Shown: positions 1 to 12,605 of the stretch, one piece after another
How positions within the stretch are numbered: position 1 is the first letter of the stretch
How the letters are laid out: every line of letters starts with the position of its first letter
Source of the DNA: Raja brachyura
Lineage: Eukaryota
Length of the DNA stretch: 64,000 nucleotides
Direction: 5' to 3'
Assembly: GCA_963514005.1 (NCBI GenBank)
Contig: OY740800.1
Location: 15,996,001-16,060,000 of the forward strand
Position numbers and translations under genes: made by a program
The notes under the pieces: generated by a model
Seen by the model: the letters and a program-made list of their open reading frames with translations, nothing else
The model's database searches: none
What the model was told of the DNA's origin: nothing

Positions 1-892
1 AATTAACATAGCAAAGGAGGTCTGGATTAAACAATGTGAATGATGATGCTCTCTTTTGCTGAAGTTTATCTGAAGTTATTTGAAAAGTTGGATTCATCTT
101 GCATCCTGCAGCCCATTAGCTTGTTGCTGCTCTTCAATGGAAACAGTTTTATGTTTTGTGAATGCAGAAGGTATTCTTATTTCTTGATTCACAAGTTGAA
201 TTCTTGCAGAATGCAGCTAAATATAACTTGTTTTGATTATTTAATAATATTTTTGTTTACAATTTTTTTTTTTCTTCTCTGAGGGGCTCTGATGGGGCTC
301 TTCTCTGAGGGGCTCCGGCCTAAAACTTGCGGCTATTGATGAACTGCCCTTACTGCCAACTTGAATGGTGAGCATAGGTTACAGTGGCACCATTGTGAGC
401 TGGTTCTGTCAAATTGTCTTGATCCTAAATGTTGAGGCCCTTTGTGGTGTTCGTGAACCTTGAGCAATGTAATACTATTGTATTGGGGCACAATAATCTC
501 TGCCCAAAAATCCAGCGGGAAATACCTTTGATATCTTGTTATCCTACACCCCCACCACAATATACTATGAATAGAATACAACAAGGAGATGACCACTAAG
601 CATTTAAATACTTTACAACATAATTATTGATAACGTATCTATCAACGAGTTAGAGGGAGGGTTGAGTGTGTGACTCACACCTAATAGTCCATTGAAAAGC
701 AAAATTTAAAACATAGTTTACCTGTAATTTTGACCACAGCCCTTCCCTAAATATGCAGTCAGTGGAGGATGGTTAAAGAAAATGATGTACCTTAAATCTT
801 TCATGGCTGTCTTCAGCAAGGTGATCATCAAACCTGATGGACAGTGGAGCCCACTTATCATATCCACTGTTCTTGGTTGTAGTGCAAGACGA

Positions 893-1030
893 ACGGGCTT
901 GTAGGTTTATTGGCTTGTTGTATGTGTAAATTGTCCCTAGTGTGTGTAGGGTAGTGTTAATGTGCGGGGATCGCTGTTCAGCACGGACAGTGGGCCAATG
1001 GGCCTGTTTCCTATCTCTAAACTAAACTAT
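893..1030 (+). mobile_element. V-SINE/HE1-like SINE, 3' fragment
   Basis: gcttgtaggtt..ttggc...gggcctgtttc..tatctctaaactaaact tail shared with fuller copies in the window. Confidence 0.7.
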
Positions 1031-1348
1031 TTGCAGCTGTTTAGATAAGTGTGCATCACACTATGAACAGAAGGCCAATCTTGCTTCTGTAGATGGGGGA
1101 ATATTAGTGAAGCTGAAGCAAATCATTTGCACAATAAAATCTCATACATGGTAGTTGCAGGAATACTGGTCAGGGGGTTTAATTACATTGATATCAATGC
1201 TCTTAAATGATATTGATATTAAAAATGAAAATTCTATAGTTTTATATACTTCTAAATTTGTATCTAATAAACTTGGAAGCCAAATTTAAGAAATTAATGT
1301 GCAGGATAGATCTTACACATTGTTTTAAGTAATTAATACAAAATCCTT

Positions 1349-1560
1349 GGTCCACAAAATGTTGGAGAAACTCAGCAGATGCAGCAGCATCTATGGAGCG
1401 AAGGAGATAGGCAATGTTTTGGGCCGAAACCCTTCTTCAGACTGAAGGGTTTTGGCCCGAAACGTTGCCTATCTCCTTCGCTCTACAGATGCTGCTGCAC
1501 CCGCTGAGTTTCTCCAGCATTTTGTGGACCAAGGATTTTCCAGCATCTGAAGTTCCTTCT
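1349..1560. repeat. Penelope-like fold-back (palindromic) element with 16-bp target site duplication
   Basis: Arms of about 95 bp inverted around ~1440; flanked by ttaatacaaaatcctt (1333-1348) and ttaatataaaatcctt (1561-1576); family assignment from the CTGAAG(AA)GGG..CCCGAAACGT motif. Confidence 0.7.
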
Positions 1561-2634
1561 TTAATATAAAATCCTTCCTTTGTTAGTAATTGAAAAAAGC
1601 GGAAACTTTAGCATGCAAGGACCATTCAGCAGATTATGGAAGGGTATATTATTTGTAATCCACTGGCAACTGGAAAATCAGAAAACTAATTTGCTGTAAA
1701 TTTACTAATGTCAAGCACACTTTATATATGTTGACAGATGAGTTGAAAGCTGCAATAGCACAGCAAATGCCTTGCCTCCTTATTTCTTTATCTTAAAGTG
1801 TATCAGTTTAGATAACCGTAGGCTAATTGAATGATGCCTTGTGCAAAAATCTGTGCTGCATTGCAGAGGTACATACACGTCAACTGGTATAGTACCAGTT
1901 TACTCTGTGATACCTAAACTGGGTCCAGTTTGCTATTAGAAATTTTTATATCGATGCCAGAGCAGTTTCCTAATACATGATGTTGGATCCTTGACTAACA
2001 GCACCGTAAATTTAAAACCACTGCAAGCACATGATGGAAGTTTAATTTTTGCCAGTTTTAAAGTCAGAATTTTATTAAATTTAAAATGTACTATTTATAT
2101 TTGTATCAAATAAGGTTCAAATATTAACATTATGGAGAAAATATTCAGGATGTTATTGGTCATACTGAAAGACGCAGTGTTACATAAGGAGGTCATGCCC
2201 TTGTAAGAGCAAGTGTTGTAAGGCTTCTAGTTGTACATCATAGTTTCTGGGTTGAAATTACTTTAAAATGTGCCTGTTATACATAAATTCTTAAATGGCA
2301 CTTGGAAATGGAGAACACACGAGTCCTTCCCTACTGATTTTTTTGATCATTCAAGAGAATTTTGCAAAATGTTTTTAGGTTTTCACTTTGGCATCAAGGT
2401 CAGAATTATCTAGCTTACGTATTTCTGATAACTAGAACGGCTGTGATGATAACTGAAAAGCTCTACGTCTCACTCTATATGGATAATTTTGACAGGATAG
2501 CCAGCATAATGAAGCAATGCCAAGTTTGACTGTGGGGCAGTGAAAATGTATCAAACTCTTTGTAAACATAGTTAGAATTTGCGACCTTGGGATGCACTTT
2601 GCTGCATCAATTTGTTCACAGAATCTGAGTGTCA

Positions 2635-3528
2635 AGCCCCTGTCCCACTTTCACGACCTAATTGGCGACCTCTGCCGAGTTTGCCCTTGACTCAGACGCA
2701 AAGCACGGTCGCCACGAGGTCGTAGGAGATCTTCGTAAAGGCTCTGTCCCACTTTCCCGAGTTACTCACGAACTCTCCCGAGTTATCCCCTTGATTCGAA
2801 CTCGGATAATTACGGTAATAGCCATTTGTAGGTACTCAGGGCTATTTTTTTTACTCGTGGACATTTTTCAACATGTTGAAAAAATGTGCCGACATACCTG
2901 CTGCCCCGAGTTCCTACGGCTGGCATTACGAGCCGCTATGAAACATCTACGGACTCCTACGGCCTCCTAGGGATTCGCTATGGACATTCCCCGAGTTAGA
3001 ATCAAGGGGAAAACTCAGGAGAGTTTGTGAGTAACTCGGGAAAGTGGGACAGGGGCTTAACGCTTCCTCATGCTCGTGAGTGGTCTCCGCATACTCGTGG
3101 CCTCAAGTAGGTCGCGGCGTTTTTTCCAGTCTGATAAAAAATGTCCATGAGTTAAAAAAAAGGTCGCCATGGAAAAAATCGATACTTTTTACTCGTAGGT
3201 AGGTTGTAGTAATTAGTGATGGTAGTCGTAGATAGTCGCAAGTCAGTAACTGGCCCGAGAAAATAATGCAAACATGACATAATTTTATCTTGTGATCATT
3301 TTCTACTCATAGCTAGTCGTAGTTGGTCTTAGATGTGGAAGACTGAGGTTGAGGGGGGTTGTAGGAGGTAGTAGACATAGTCGTAGGAGGTTGTAGACAT
3401 AGTCGTAGGAGGTTGTAGACATAGTCATAGGAGGTCTTTTACTTTGGCGAGTCAACACGACCTTGACATTTTTTTCATCTAGGGTCTTCTATACTCGTGG
3501 ATTAGGTCGTCCAAGTGGGACAGGCCCT
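2635..3528. mobile_element. PIF/Harbinger-type MITE (outer copy)
   Basis: TIRs agcccctgtcccactt / aagtgggacaggccct; 3-bp TSD TCA at 2632-2634 and 3529-3531; interior related to the 28533-29648 copy. Confidence 0.8.
2739..3057. mobile_element. PIF/Harbinger-type MITE nested in the previous one
   Basis: Long TIRs aggctctgtcccactttcccgagttactcac / gtgagtaactcgggaaagtgggacaggggct; TSD TAA at 2736-2738 and 3058-3060. Confidence 0.85.
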
Positions 3529-3972
3529 TCAGGCTACTTTTATCAGCTGATGAAGTGAATGAGTTGGAGAGACAGATACTGGTTTTCAAAACGAGCTGGA
3601 GAAACTCGGCGGGTCAGGCATTTTCTCAGGAGAACATGGATAGGGAACTCAAATAAGTTAGATTATCTTGATTTGATTGATGGAAACAGTACTACATGTT
3701 ATTCTGCTTCTTAAATACACCAAAGTGTTATTCAATTCTAAGCCTATAAATCTTATTGCTTATTCCTGAGAACTTCAAATAATATTTAATTCACTTTACA
3801 TGTTTTGTTCTAGTGGCTGTGATGATATTTCTCCTCTCTAATTCTAAAGCCAAACCTTTAAAAAAAAAAATATATATTTTTTAAATATCCTTCTATTACT
3901 AAATTATAGAATGTTGCAGGGGGGAATAAATTATTTAGTATTCTGTTTGTTTATGAACATGATGAAAGATGA

Positions 3973-4150
3973 NNNNNNNNNNNNNNNNNNNNNNNNNNNN
4001 NNNNNNNNNNNNNNNNNNNNNNNNNNNNNNNNNNNNNNNNNNNNNNNNNNNNNNNNNNNNNNNNNNNNNNNNNNNNNNNNNNNNNNNNNNNNNNNNNNNN
4101 NNNNNNNNNNNNNNNNNNNNNNNNNNNNNNNNNNNNNNNNNNNNNNNNNN
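3973..4150. other. Assembly gap (178 N)
   Basis: Run of n characters. Confidence 1.
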
Positions 4151-4400
4151 TTGATTCTCTTCATTAATAATTGACCTTCTGGGGTGCTGCTTGAGTATAG
4201 ATTTCAGATGTATTAGGATTAATGGACTCATTTGCAACCACAACCTTTTAAAAATCCTATCAAACAACACATAAGTGGGCCACTTGGCCAACCAGTCAAT
4301 GCCCTCTTCACTAAAGCATCCTTTTATCCTTCCCTGGTAATGCTATCACATCAATTTAAGCTGTTGTTCTCCATCACTTCTTTTTTACATCTATAATATA

Positions 4401-5096
4401 GCAATGTTACAAAATTTTGAGATTTAAAAAATCAAGTCTGCAATTTATCCCATCCGATAAAGCATAAAAAGAAGTTTAATTTGACACCTAATTTACTTTC
4501 ATATCTTCAGTATTAAAAAGGTTATGGCCATTTTCAGACTCAGAAATTAGCATCTTGTTCCCCATTGCCTTTCCATTGACTTAACACAAAAGCTGTGATC
4601 TAGGACAGTCAAAAGCCCATAACTTACTTAAAAATTAAGAGAACTCAATGAAATGTGGTGGATTAGAACGTTGTGGTTTGCGGTGAAGTCGGCATGAAAA
4701 AAAAAGCCTGTGCATACATTTTTTTTGTCCCCATTTCGCAACATGAAAATGTGATTAAAGCCTTCCTAAAAACTAAGTTTTAATGTAAAAATAAACTGCG
4801 CACTTTATTTTCTCCCCTACGTAAAATCCTTCCCGTTGTCGGTGTTCAAGGCTTTAGAAGATGATTTTTAAATTACTCTAGTTAATAAATAATCTAGCGC
4901 AATTTAAAAATACCTTCATGAATGAAATGTCGGAGCGATTTTTCTTCAGCACCGAAATCGCCCAACATGGATCGATTTGCCCTGTCTGTAGAAAAACGGC
5001 ACTTTAAACACGCCCCCCCTCTGAAAGGCGCCAATGTCACGCACACGGGGAGCGGCAGAACTGCAGCACTGCTCAAGGTAAGTTTTGTAACAAACC
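4401..5096 (+). mobile_element. Non-autonomous DNA transposon with short imperfect TIRs, TA-flanked, internally deleted relative to the 15245-16310 copy
   Basis: Ends gcaatgttacaaaa / ttttgtaacaaacc flanked by TA; long homology to the reverse complement of 15245-16310. Confidence 0.75.
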
Positions 5097-6253
5097 TATA
5101 TAATATTTGTCTTAACTGATCCCTGCTGCAATGATTTCTACTTTCTGGATTAATTTTCTTTCTGTATTTCCCGTTTGATTTCTTGATCAGTCGGACTAAT
5201 TGATGTGTTTTAGTATTCCTCTTCCCCAGAAGGTAAATAATGTTTTCATAATCGATCAAGAGAAAGAGGTTAATGTAGAAACACTGACCTGTAGATGCTG
5301 GTTTACAAAATTTAACCCCAAACTGAAACATCGCTGATCCATGTTATCCATGGATGTTGCCTGACCCGTTGAGTTACTCCAGCACTTTGTATCTTTTTTT
5401 TTTAAAGAAAGAGGTTGTTCATTCTATCCTAAGACGTATTTTCTTGCACTTCAAACATTATCCTTGTTAAGCCAGTTTACCCCGTCTTCTCCATCTTTAT
5501 ATCTTTGTATTATATGAATGGAACCAGACTTTGTGTACTATATCGTGTCATCTGATCAAGCCATAATAAAAGTTTAGGTCAAATACTATAATTATCACTT
5601 CCATTCCTAAAACTTAATGTTGTGGTTGTCTTTGTTAAGGTTTTATTGAGTATTCATGACTTTTGATGATTTGTAGTTTTGGGTCCACTTGTTCCTTATT
5701 CTATTTGTTTTACTTTTCAAGTGTTGCAAATATAATCTAATGTATTAGGTATGTTAACAAAAAAATAGCTAATTAAATACCTATTCTCTGTTTATTAATG
5801 CTGACGCAAGGAGGTGCAAATTATTCCTCTCAATTTGATGATTTAGGAATGATGTTTTTTATTACAGTTAACACAAATTTTTAACAGTAATTTCATACTG
5901 ATCCAAGTACAACACTCTGCCCCTCTTTCCCTACTTCTGCCATTCTGAATAGTTCTCTTTTGCCCTTTTAACATTGAAACCATTCATTTGTCCTTTGTGA
6001 GGCTTGTTCATGACATGTTCTGGCCTCATTTGCCTTTTACACGATGCCTTACCTGGGTTCTTTTAGTAATATAGGTATATTAGATTCAGTGTTACTTTTG
6101 CTGACTCTCTCTGACTATCTTCAAAGAACTTGATATTTGTTGGACAAGCAAGCCTAATCCTATTTAAATCCATGTTGATCAACCTTTGTTATGCTTTGGC
6201 TTTAATTATTTTTAATTATTTTTCAGAATTTATATATGTTTCTTACCACTGAT

Positions 6254-6572
6254 TTAGTTAGTTTAGTTTAGATATACAGTGTGGAAACAGGTCCTTCGGC
6301 CCACCAAGTCTGCGATGACCAGCAATCCCTGCACACTGGTACTATCCTACACACACTAGGGATCATTTATATTTATAGAAGGCCAATTAATCTACAGACC
6401 TGTATGTCTTTGGAGTGTGGGAGAAAACGGAAGATCTCGGAGAAAACCCAACGGTCACGGGGAGAACGTACAAACTCCGTACAGATAGCACCTGCAGGCC
6501 GGATTGAACCTGGGTCTCTGGCGCTGAAAGCACTGTCAGGCAGCAACTCTACCATTGTGCTACTGTACCGCC
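6254..6572 (-). mobile_element. V-SINE/HE1-like tRNA-derived SINE
   Basis: tRNA-like head with A/B boxes on the minus strand, central ctcccacactccaaagac domain, (aaact)n tail. Confidence 0.85.
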
Positions 6573-6639
6573 CAGATGTTAAACTGAAAGTTCCTTGGTT
6601 GCGTAAACATGATCTATCAACTTACTTAGGCATAGGAGG

Positions 6640-7112
6640 CAGCATGGGATGGTGCAGCGGTAAAGTTGCTGCCTCACAGTGCGAGAGACCGTGTTCGATC
6701 CTGACTACGGGTGCTGTCTTGATGGTCCCAAGGGCCTGTTTCTACGCTGTCCCTCTGAACTAAACTAAAGGTAGGCAGCTTTATATTTTTTATTAATGCA
6801 ATTAATATTCCTCTTTTCCTATAAATTGTAGTTATCTTAAGCGCAGAAGTGCCAGGTACTGTCTCTCTCCTAATCTTTGCCGAGCTCACGTTGACCACTG
6901 ATCACCAAAACGCACTAGTTCTATCCTACACACTAAGGACAATTTACAGAAGCCAATTAACCAACAAACCTCTACATCGTTGGAGTGTGGAAGGAAACTG
7001 GAGCACGTTGAGAAACCCTACTTGGTCACAGGCTCCACACAGCGAGCACCTGTAGTCAGGATTGCACCCAGGTCTCTGGCGCGATAAGGCAGCAGCTCTA
7101 TCGCGGTGCCAC
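6640..7112. mobile_element. Two V-SINE fragments (+ 6640-6770, internally deleted; - 6880-7112)
   Basis: ggtgcagcggtaaagttgctgcctcacag..gttcgatcc head fused directly to tail; second copy inverted. Confidence 0.7.
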
Positions 7113-7351
7113 AATGCCATTTTCCTTCTCCACCAATGTCCTAAGAATTACTACTGACCTAAAATCCAACTGAACCAACCACCCTGGCTGAAGAGCTGAT
7201 AAGAAGCAGGGTATCCAGTGACAAATTATTCTCTCCTTGACACTCTCAGTCCGTCCAATATCTGCAAGGCACAAGTTAGGAACACAATGGGATGAACTCT
7301 TATCCTGGATAAGTGTAGCTCTCAGAACTCTCAAGAACTTCATCACTATCA

Positions 7352-8070
7352 GCATGGATTTACGAAAGGTAAATCATGTCTGACGAATCTTATAGAATTT
7401 TTCGAGGATGTAACTAGTAGAGTGGATAAGGGAGAACCAGTGGATGTGTTATATCTGGACTTTCAGAAGGCTTTCGACAAGGTCCCACATAAGAGATTAG
7501 TATACAAACTTAAAGCACACGGTTTTGGGGGTTCAGTATTGATGTGGATAGAGAACTGGCTGGCAGACAGGAAGCGAAGGGTAGGAGTAAACGGGTCCTT
7601 TTCAGAATGGCAGGCAGTGACTAGTGGGGTACCGCAAGGCTCAGTGCTGGGACCCCAGCTATTTACAATATATATTAATGATTTGGACGAGGGAATTGAA
7701 TGCAACATCTCCAAGTTTGCGGATGACACTAAGCTGGGGGGTAGGGACTTTCATATGAGGAAAGACTGGATAGACTCGGCTTGTACTTGCTAGAATTTGG
7801 AAGACTGAGGGGGGATCTTATAGAAACTTACACAATTCTTAAGGGGTTGGACAGGGTAGATGCAGGAAGATTGTTCCCGATGTTGGGGAGGTCCAGAACA
7901 AGGGGTCACAGTCTAAGGATAAGGGGGAATTCCTTTAGGACCGAGATGAGGAAAGCATTTTTCACACAGAGAGTGGTGAATCTCTGGAATTCTCTGCCAC
8001 AAACGGTAGTTGAAGCCAGTTCATTGGCTATATTTAAGAGGGAGTTAGGTGTGGCCCTTGTGGCTAAAGG
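7352..8070 (+). mobile_element. CR1/HER1 LINE ORF2 (RT) fragment with internal deletion
   Basis: [28 protein letters not shown] motifs, then a jump at ~7743 to the C-terminal RLRGDLIETY..FFTQRVVNLWNSLP. Confidence 0.92.
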
Positions 8071-8362
8071 GAAACACTCCTGATTTCTACCACCAAGATG
8101 GACAAGGGCAGCAAAGACATTGAAGTTCCCCCTACAAGCAGCACCCAATCCTGATTTAAAATATATTGCCGATTCTTCATTGTCACTTCCAGGTATACTT
8201 TGCTCTGATAGTTTATCATGTGGAATTTTCTTATTCCAACTGGGCTTTATTTGAGTGAAACAGCAGTTAAATTGAAAATGGGAATATTGTATTCCTAGTT
8301 TTAGAGTTCAGCAAAGAACTGTTCCTGTAACAATTAAGGTGGAGTTTACTTTTTCTTAAAAG

Positions 8363-8692
8363 CGAAACACAAGGAGCTGCAGATGCGGGAATTTTGAATA
8401 AAACACAAAGTGCACGAATAACTCAGCAGGTCAAGCAGTATCTGTGGAGGAGTGTGTAGGAAGGAACAGCAGATGCTGGTTTCCACCCAAACAGCCATAA
8501 AATGCTGGAGTAACTCAGCGGGACAGGCAGTATCTCTGAAGTGAAGAAATGGGCGACATTTCGGGGCGAGACCTTTGGGTTTTAACCCAAAACATCACCC
8601 ATTTCTTCTTCCCAGCGATGCTGCCTATCCCGCTGGGTATCTGTGGAGGAAATGGATAGACAACGTGTTCATTTAGGTCCCTTCTTCAGACA
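8363..8692 (-). repeat. Cluster of nested Penelope-like terminal-repeat fragments
   Basis: Repeated tgctggagtaactcagcggg.caggcag.atct..gga motifs, including an internal inverted pair. Confidence 0.6.
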
Positions 8693-8770
8693 TTTGCACA
8701 GAAATGTTGATAATGTTGTGCTGAATTTATTTGATTCTAAAGTAATCCTTTTGACCTGCAACTCAAGGCA

Positions 8771-9369
8771 GTGAAAAATATACGTCTTCTAGATGAGCTG
8801 GGACGCATCCTCATTGGGAGACTCTAGTGCATGGGGGGGCTGGGCTCTGTGGGGTGACTCCCGGCCGGGCTCCTCCTGCGTCTCACCAGGTTCAAGGCCT
8901 GTGCGCTGCACCTCTTTCTCCTTCTCCAAGCATTTCATTCTCGCCTGATGGATGTTTAGGCCACGATGGTTCATTAGGCCTTTCTGTAGCTTTGTTGGGT
9001 GTCTTTCTCACGAAAGACACAGACTGGGGTGCTAACCCAGCCTTTCCCGGGTGCCGTCTTTCCGTGCCGTCAACTGTCTCTCCAGTAGTCACCGAACTAT
9101 TCTTGGTTGTCACCCAGTCTATTCCTAGGTGCCACTGGCTGAGCCAGACTTCAATGTGAAAAATATACATCTTCTAGATGGGCTGGGACGCATCCTCAGT
9201 GATGTGACCTGGGGCCATCGGGTGTTTCGGGTCTCACAACATCAGACACCCTCGCCCAGGCGACCCAGCCGGGGTTGATCAGGCCCCGACTTGCGTCCCA
9301 GCAGCAACCGCCCACGGATCAGCCATCTTAATAACTACTCTGCAGGGGTTGGGAGACACTAGTGCATGG
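8771..9369 (-). mobile_element. Head-to-tail array of an internally deleted HERO-like (R2-group) non-LTR retroelement
   Basis: Encodes remnants RGLNIHQARMKC..EPGETQEEPG.ESPHRAQ (N-terminus) and IKMADPWAVAAGTQVGA* (C-terminus) plus 3'UTR; a second copy lies at 52282-52681. Confidence 0.65.
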
Positions 9370-10169
9370 AGTATGGGAGTTATGGGAGTATTTAATGAAG
9401 ACATTTTGGCATCCTGTTTAAAACAGCATTTATTGACTAAATAATGGTTAAAATATTGCCGGTACATTGAGACCCAGTGAATAATGCACAAGCAAAATCA
9501 AGTGTTTATAATACAGGATTAATTTATTTGATCGTTTGTTGGTTTGCACCCTAGAAAAAGGAACAATCTGGAATTAATATAGTGAACAAAATTAAGTTGA
9601 TATTAATCAGATATCCCTGCTTGGAGAAAAGATGAGGGCTCTATTTTCCATTTATAGTCTGCATTATCATCTAACTGACACCTAATCTTATTTGGAGTAA
9701 AGGTAATCTTTTGTTTTGGCATTAAATTGATATGCATATGTAGCTGATGTGCATATTGCTAGTAAAGCCAAGAATTAGTGTCAAGTAACTTTAGTGTCAA
9801 GTGGCTTTAAAAAATCATGTGTTTAATGGTAGTCCATCCAAGTTTTAATATTAATCTATCTATTTGCCCTTGAAGGCAGGAACAATCCTCCACCATTAAC
9901 TGTATAGATCTTTCTATTGCTGTTGGGTAAGGCAGAGTGTGGACAGAACATGATGGATTTACTTGTCAGAATAATCTATGATTTTAGTGATGGTGATCTC
10001 TCTTGGTCTTTATTGGTGGATAAGGACAGTTCGGCCTGAGAAATTAACATTCTGATTTAGGCCATGGCCAACCTAGGTACCCTAGAACTTGCTAGAGCTT
10101 ATTAGATGGGTTTTTTTGTGGGCAACGGGAGGTATGGAAAGTGGGATCCGTTTGAAAATGATGGTGGCA

Positions 10170-11440
10170 GTGCAAAGCATGCATGTTCCTGTTAGAGTGA
10201 AGGGCAAGGCAAATGGTAGAAAGGAAGCTTGGATGATGAGGCTAAATTGAGTTTCTGGTCCAGATAAAGGAGGTATGAGCCAGGTATAGGCAACAGGGAT
10301 AAATTAAGTCCATGGAAAAGTTTGGGGACTGAAGATCATACTTAAGAGGGAAATCAGGAGAGCAAAAAGGAGGCTGGAGATGGTTCTGGCAGAAAAAAAT
10401 TAAGGAAAATCCAAATATTTTATAAATGCGTTAAGGGAAAGACAAATAGATGTATAGTAAACAGTGAAGTTGGTTGTCAAAAATGACAACAGGTCTCAAC
10501 CAGCTGGGCAAGTGGGCTGAGGAATGGTTAATGGAGTTTAATGCAGATATGTGCAAGGTGTTGCACTTTGGAAAGTCAAACCAGTGCAGGACCTACACAG
10601 TGAATGGTAGGAATGGGGAGTGTTGTAGACCCAGAGAGATCTAGGAGTACAGGTACATAGCTCCTTGCTGGTGGTGTCGTGGTTAGGTTGTGCAATAAAA
10701 AATGCTATTGGTACATCGGCCTTCGTCAGTCAGGGCATTGAGCATAGGAGTTGGGGCATTATGTTACTGTTTCATAATACGTTGGTGAGGCCGCAATTGG
10801 AGTATTATAGTCAGTTTAGGTCACCTTGCTATAGGAAGGAAAGAGCACAAACAAGATTTACAAGGATGTTGCCTGGCTTCATGGGCCTGAGCTTTAGGGA
10901 AAGGTTGGGCAGTCAAGGACTTTATTCCTGGGAGCGCAGGATGTTGAGGAGTAATCTTATGAGGTGTATAAAAATATGAGGGTGTAGATGTGATTAATGC
11001 AAAATATTTTGCCCAGAATAGGGAAATCAAGAACCAGCGAACATAGATTTAAGGTGAGACGTGCAAGATATCATCAGAATCTGAGGAGCAGCATTTTCAC
11101 TCATAGGATGGTGGGGACATGGAACACCCTGCCAGAGAAAGTAGGTGTGGCAGGTATTATAACAACCTTTAAAATATACTTGTATAGGTACATGGAAAGA
11201 ACATGATTAGAGGTACATGGGCCAAAAGTGGGGAAATGGGATTAATTTAGATGGGGAGCTTGGTTGGCATGGATAACATGGACCAAAGTTGGGCTTTCAT
11301 CAGAGATTAAGGCCAACGTACCAAAGCCCTGATTTACCATGCTATGTATCCCTGACACCACTATAAAGGAACTACGTACATGGACTTGTAGATCCTTTTG
11401 GTCTGCAACACTCCCTAGGGCCCCACCATGCTTTATGACA
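10170..11440 (+). mobile_element. Degraded CR1 LINE ORF2 3' region, with a short inverted piece at ~11290-11440
   Basis: LVRPQLEY, AQTRFTRMLPG, IFTHRMVGTWNTLP remnants with stops and frameshifts. Confidence 0.8.
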
Positions 11441-12605
11441 CAAGTCAAGTCAAGAGTGTTTTGTTGTCATATGTTCTAGATAGGACTCCAGAGCTGGGGA
11501 GATGCTGTTGGAGTAGGCTTGATGTGGGTTACCATAGATGGTACCCATTGCAGTTAAGGTGTTTAGATGGATGAGGGGCGAATCAGCAGCGTTTCTTTGT
11601 GCTGGGTTGCAAATGATTTTTTTGGTGGTTATTGGCGCTGTGCTCATCCGGACGAGATCTGTATATTCCATTATGTTCCTAATTTGTATGGTGCTGTTGG
11701 TGGAAAGACTTTACGTAGTTTTTCTATAAAAAGCAAAATATCAGATGTTTAAATTTGAGTTGGAAAGTCACTATCACAAATGATTGAACTTGAATCTGAA
11801 AATCTGTAATAGGTGAGACTGAAGGTGTGCTGTTATTTGTTGAGCTTCATTGAAACAATGTAGAAAACGGAGAATGGGGAAACCTGAGTGGATCAAACAT
11901 TGAACAATACGGCATAAGAACAGGCCCTTTAGCCCACCATGTCCATGCTGAATATAATACCAAATTAAACTAATTTCCTCTGGAATTAAAGCGACAGTCA
12001 ACCTGATGCTCAATCCCATGATTGTGGATTGAACAGAGGCATAATACAAAGCAGTCGCCCAACATTCATCCCACCTCCACAGAGTCTGCATTATGAGTAG
12101 TGATGTAGTCAGTGTCCGTTGTACAGTACTTTGTACAGTATACTTAAGTGAAAGAAATAGAATGACTGGAAATCGCTTATTAATTTTGAAATGCGTATAT
12201 CACCCACTAGATGTCCCTCTTTGATAATGAGTAATTATTGTTGGCCAATTCTTAAATGCAATCTCTGTGACAAAAAATCGAACACGGTGCAAATCACAAC
12301 AGTCCACACATAGTTATAACCTCACTGTATCAATTGCCACAGCAAAATTGTATACAGTCTCTTCCGATAAAGTAGTTTTAGATGCAACTTGTGAACACAA
12401 ATGGATTGAGATTCCTTTGCATGTGGCCAAAGGGCCTGTTTCCACATTGTATCTTAAAACTAAACTAAACTCTAACCGAAAGTAGGAAGGAGACTCCTTT
12501 TCATTGAGGTGGAGCTGCGGTCATGGTGAATTATCAGATTGATAAAAGGGCACCTTGACCGTTAGTTTAAAAAAATCATCATTATACAGCACATTTAATA
12601 ACTAA

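Noticed and set aside
3911-4291. ORFs spanning poly-X
   Set aside because: Artefacts of the assembly gap.
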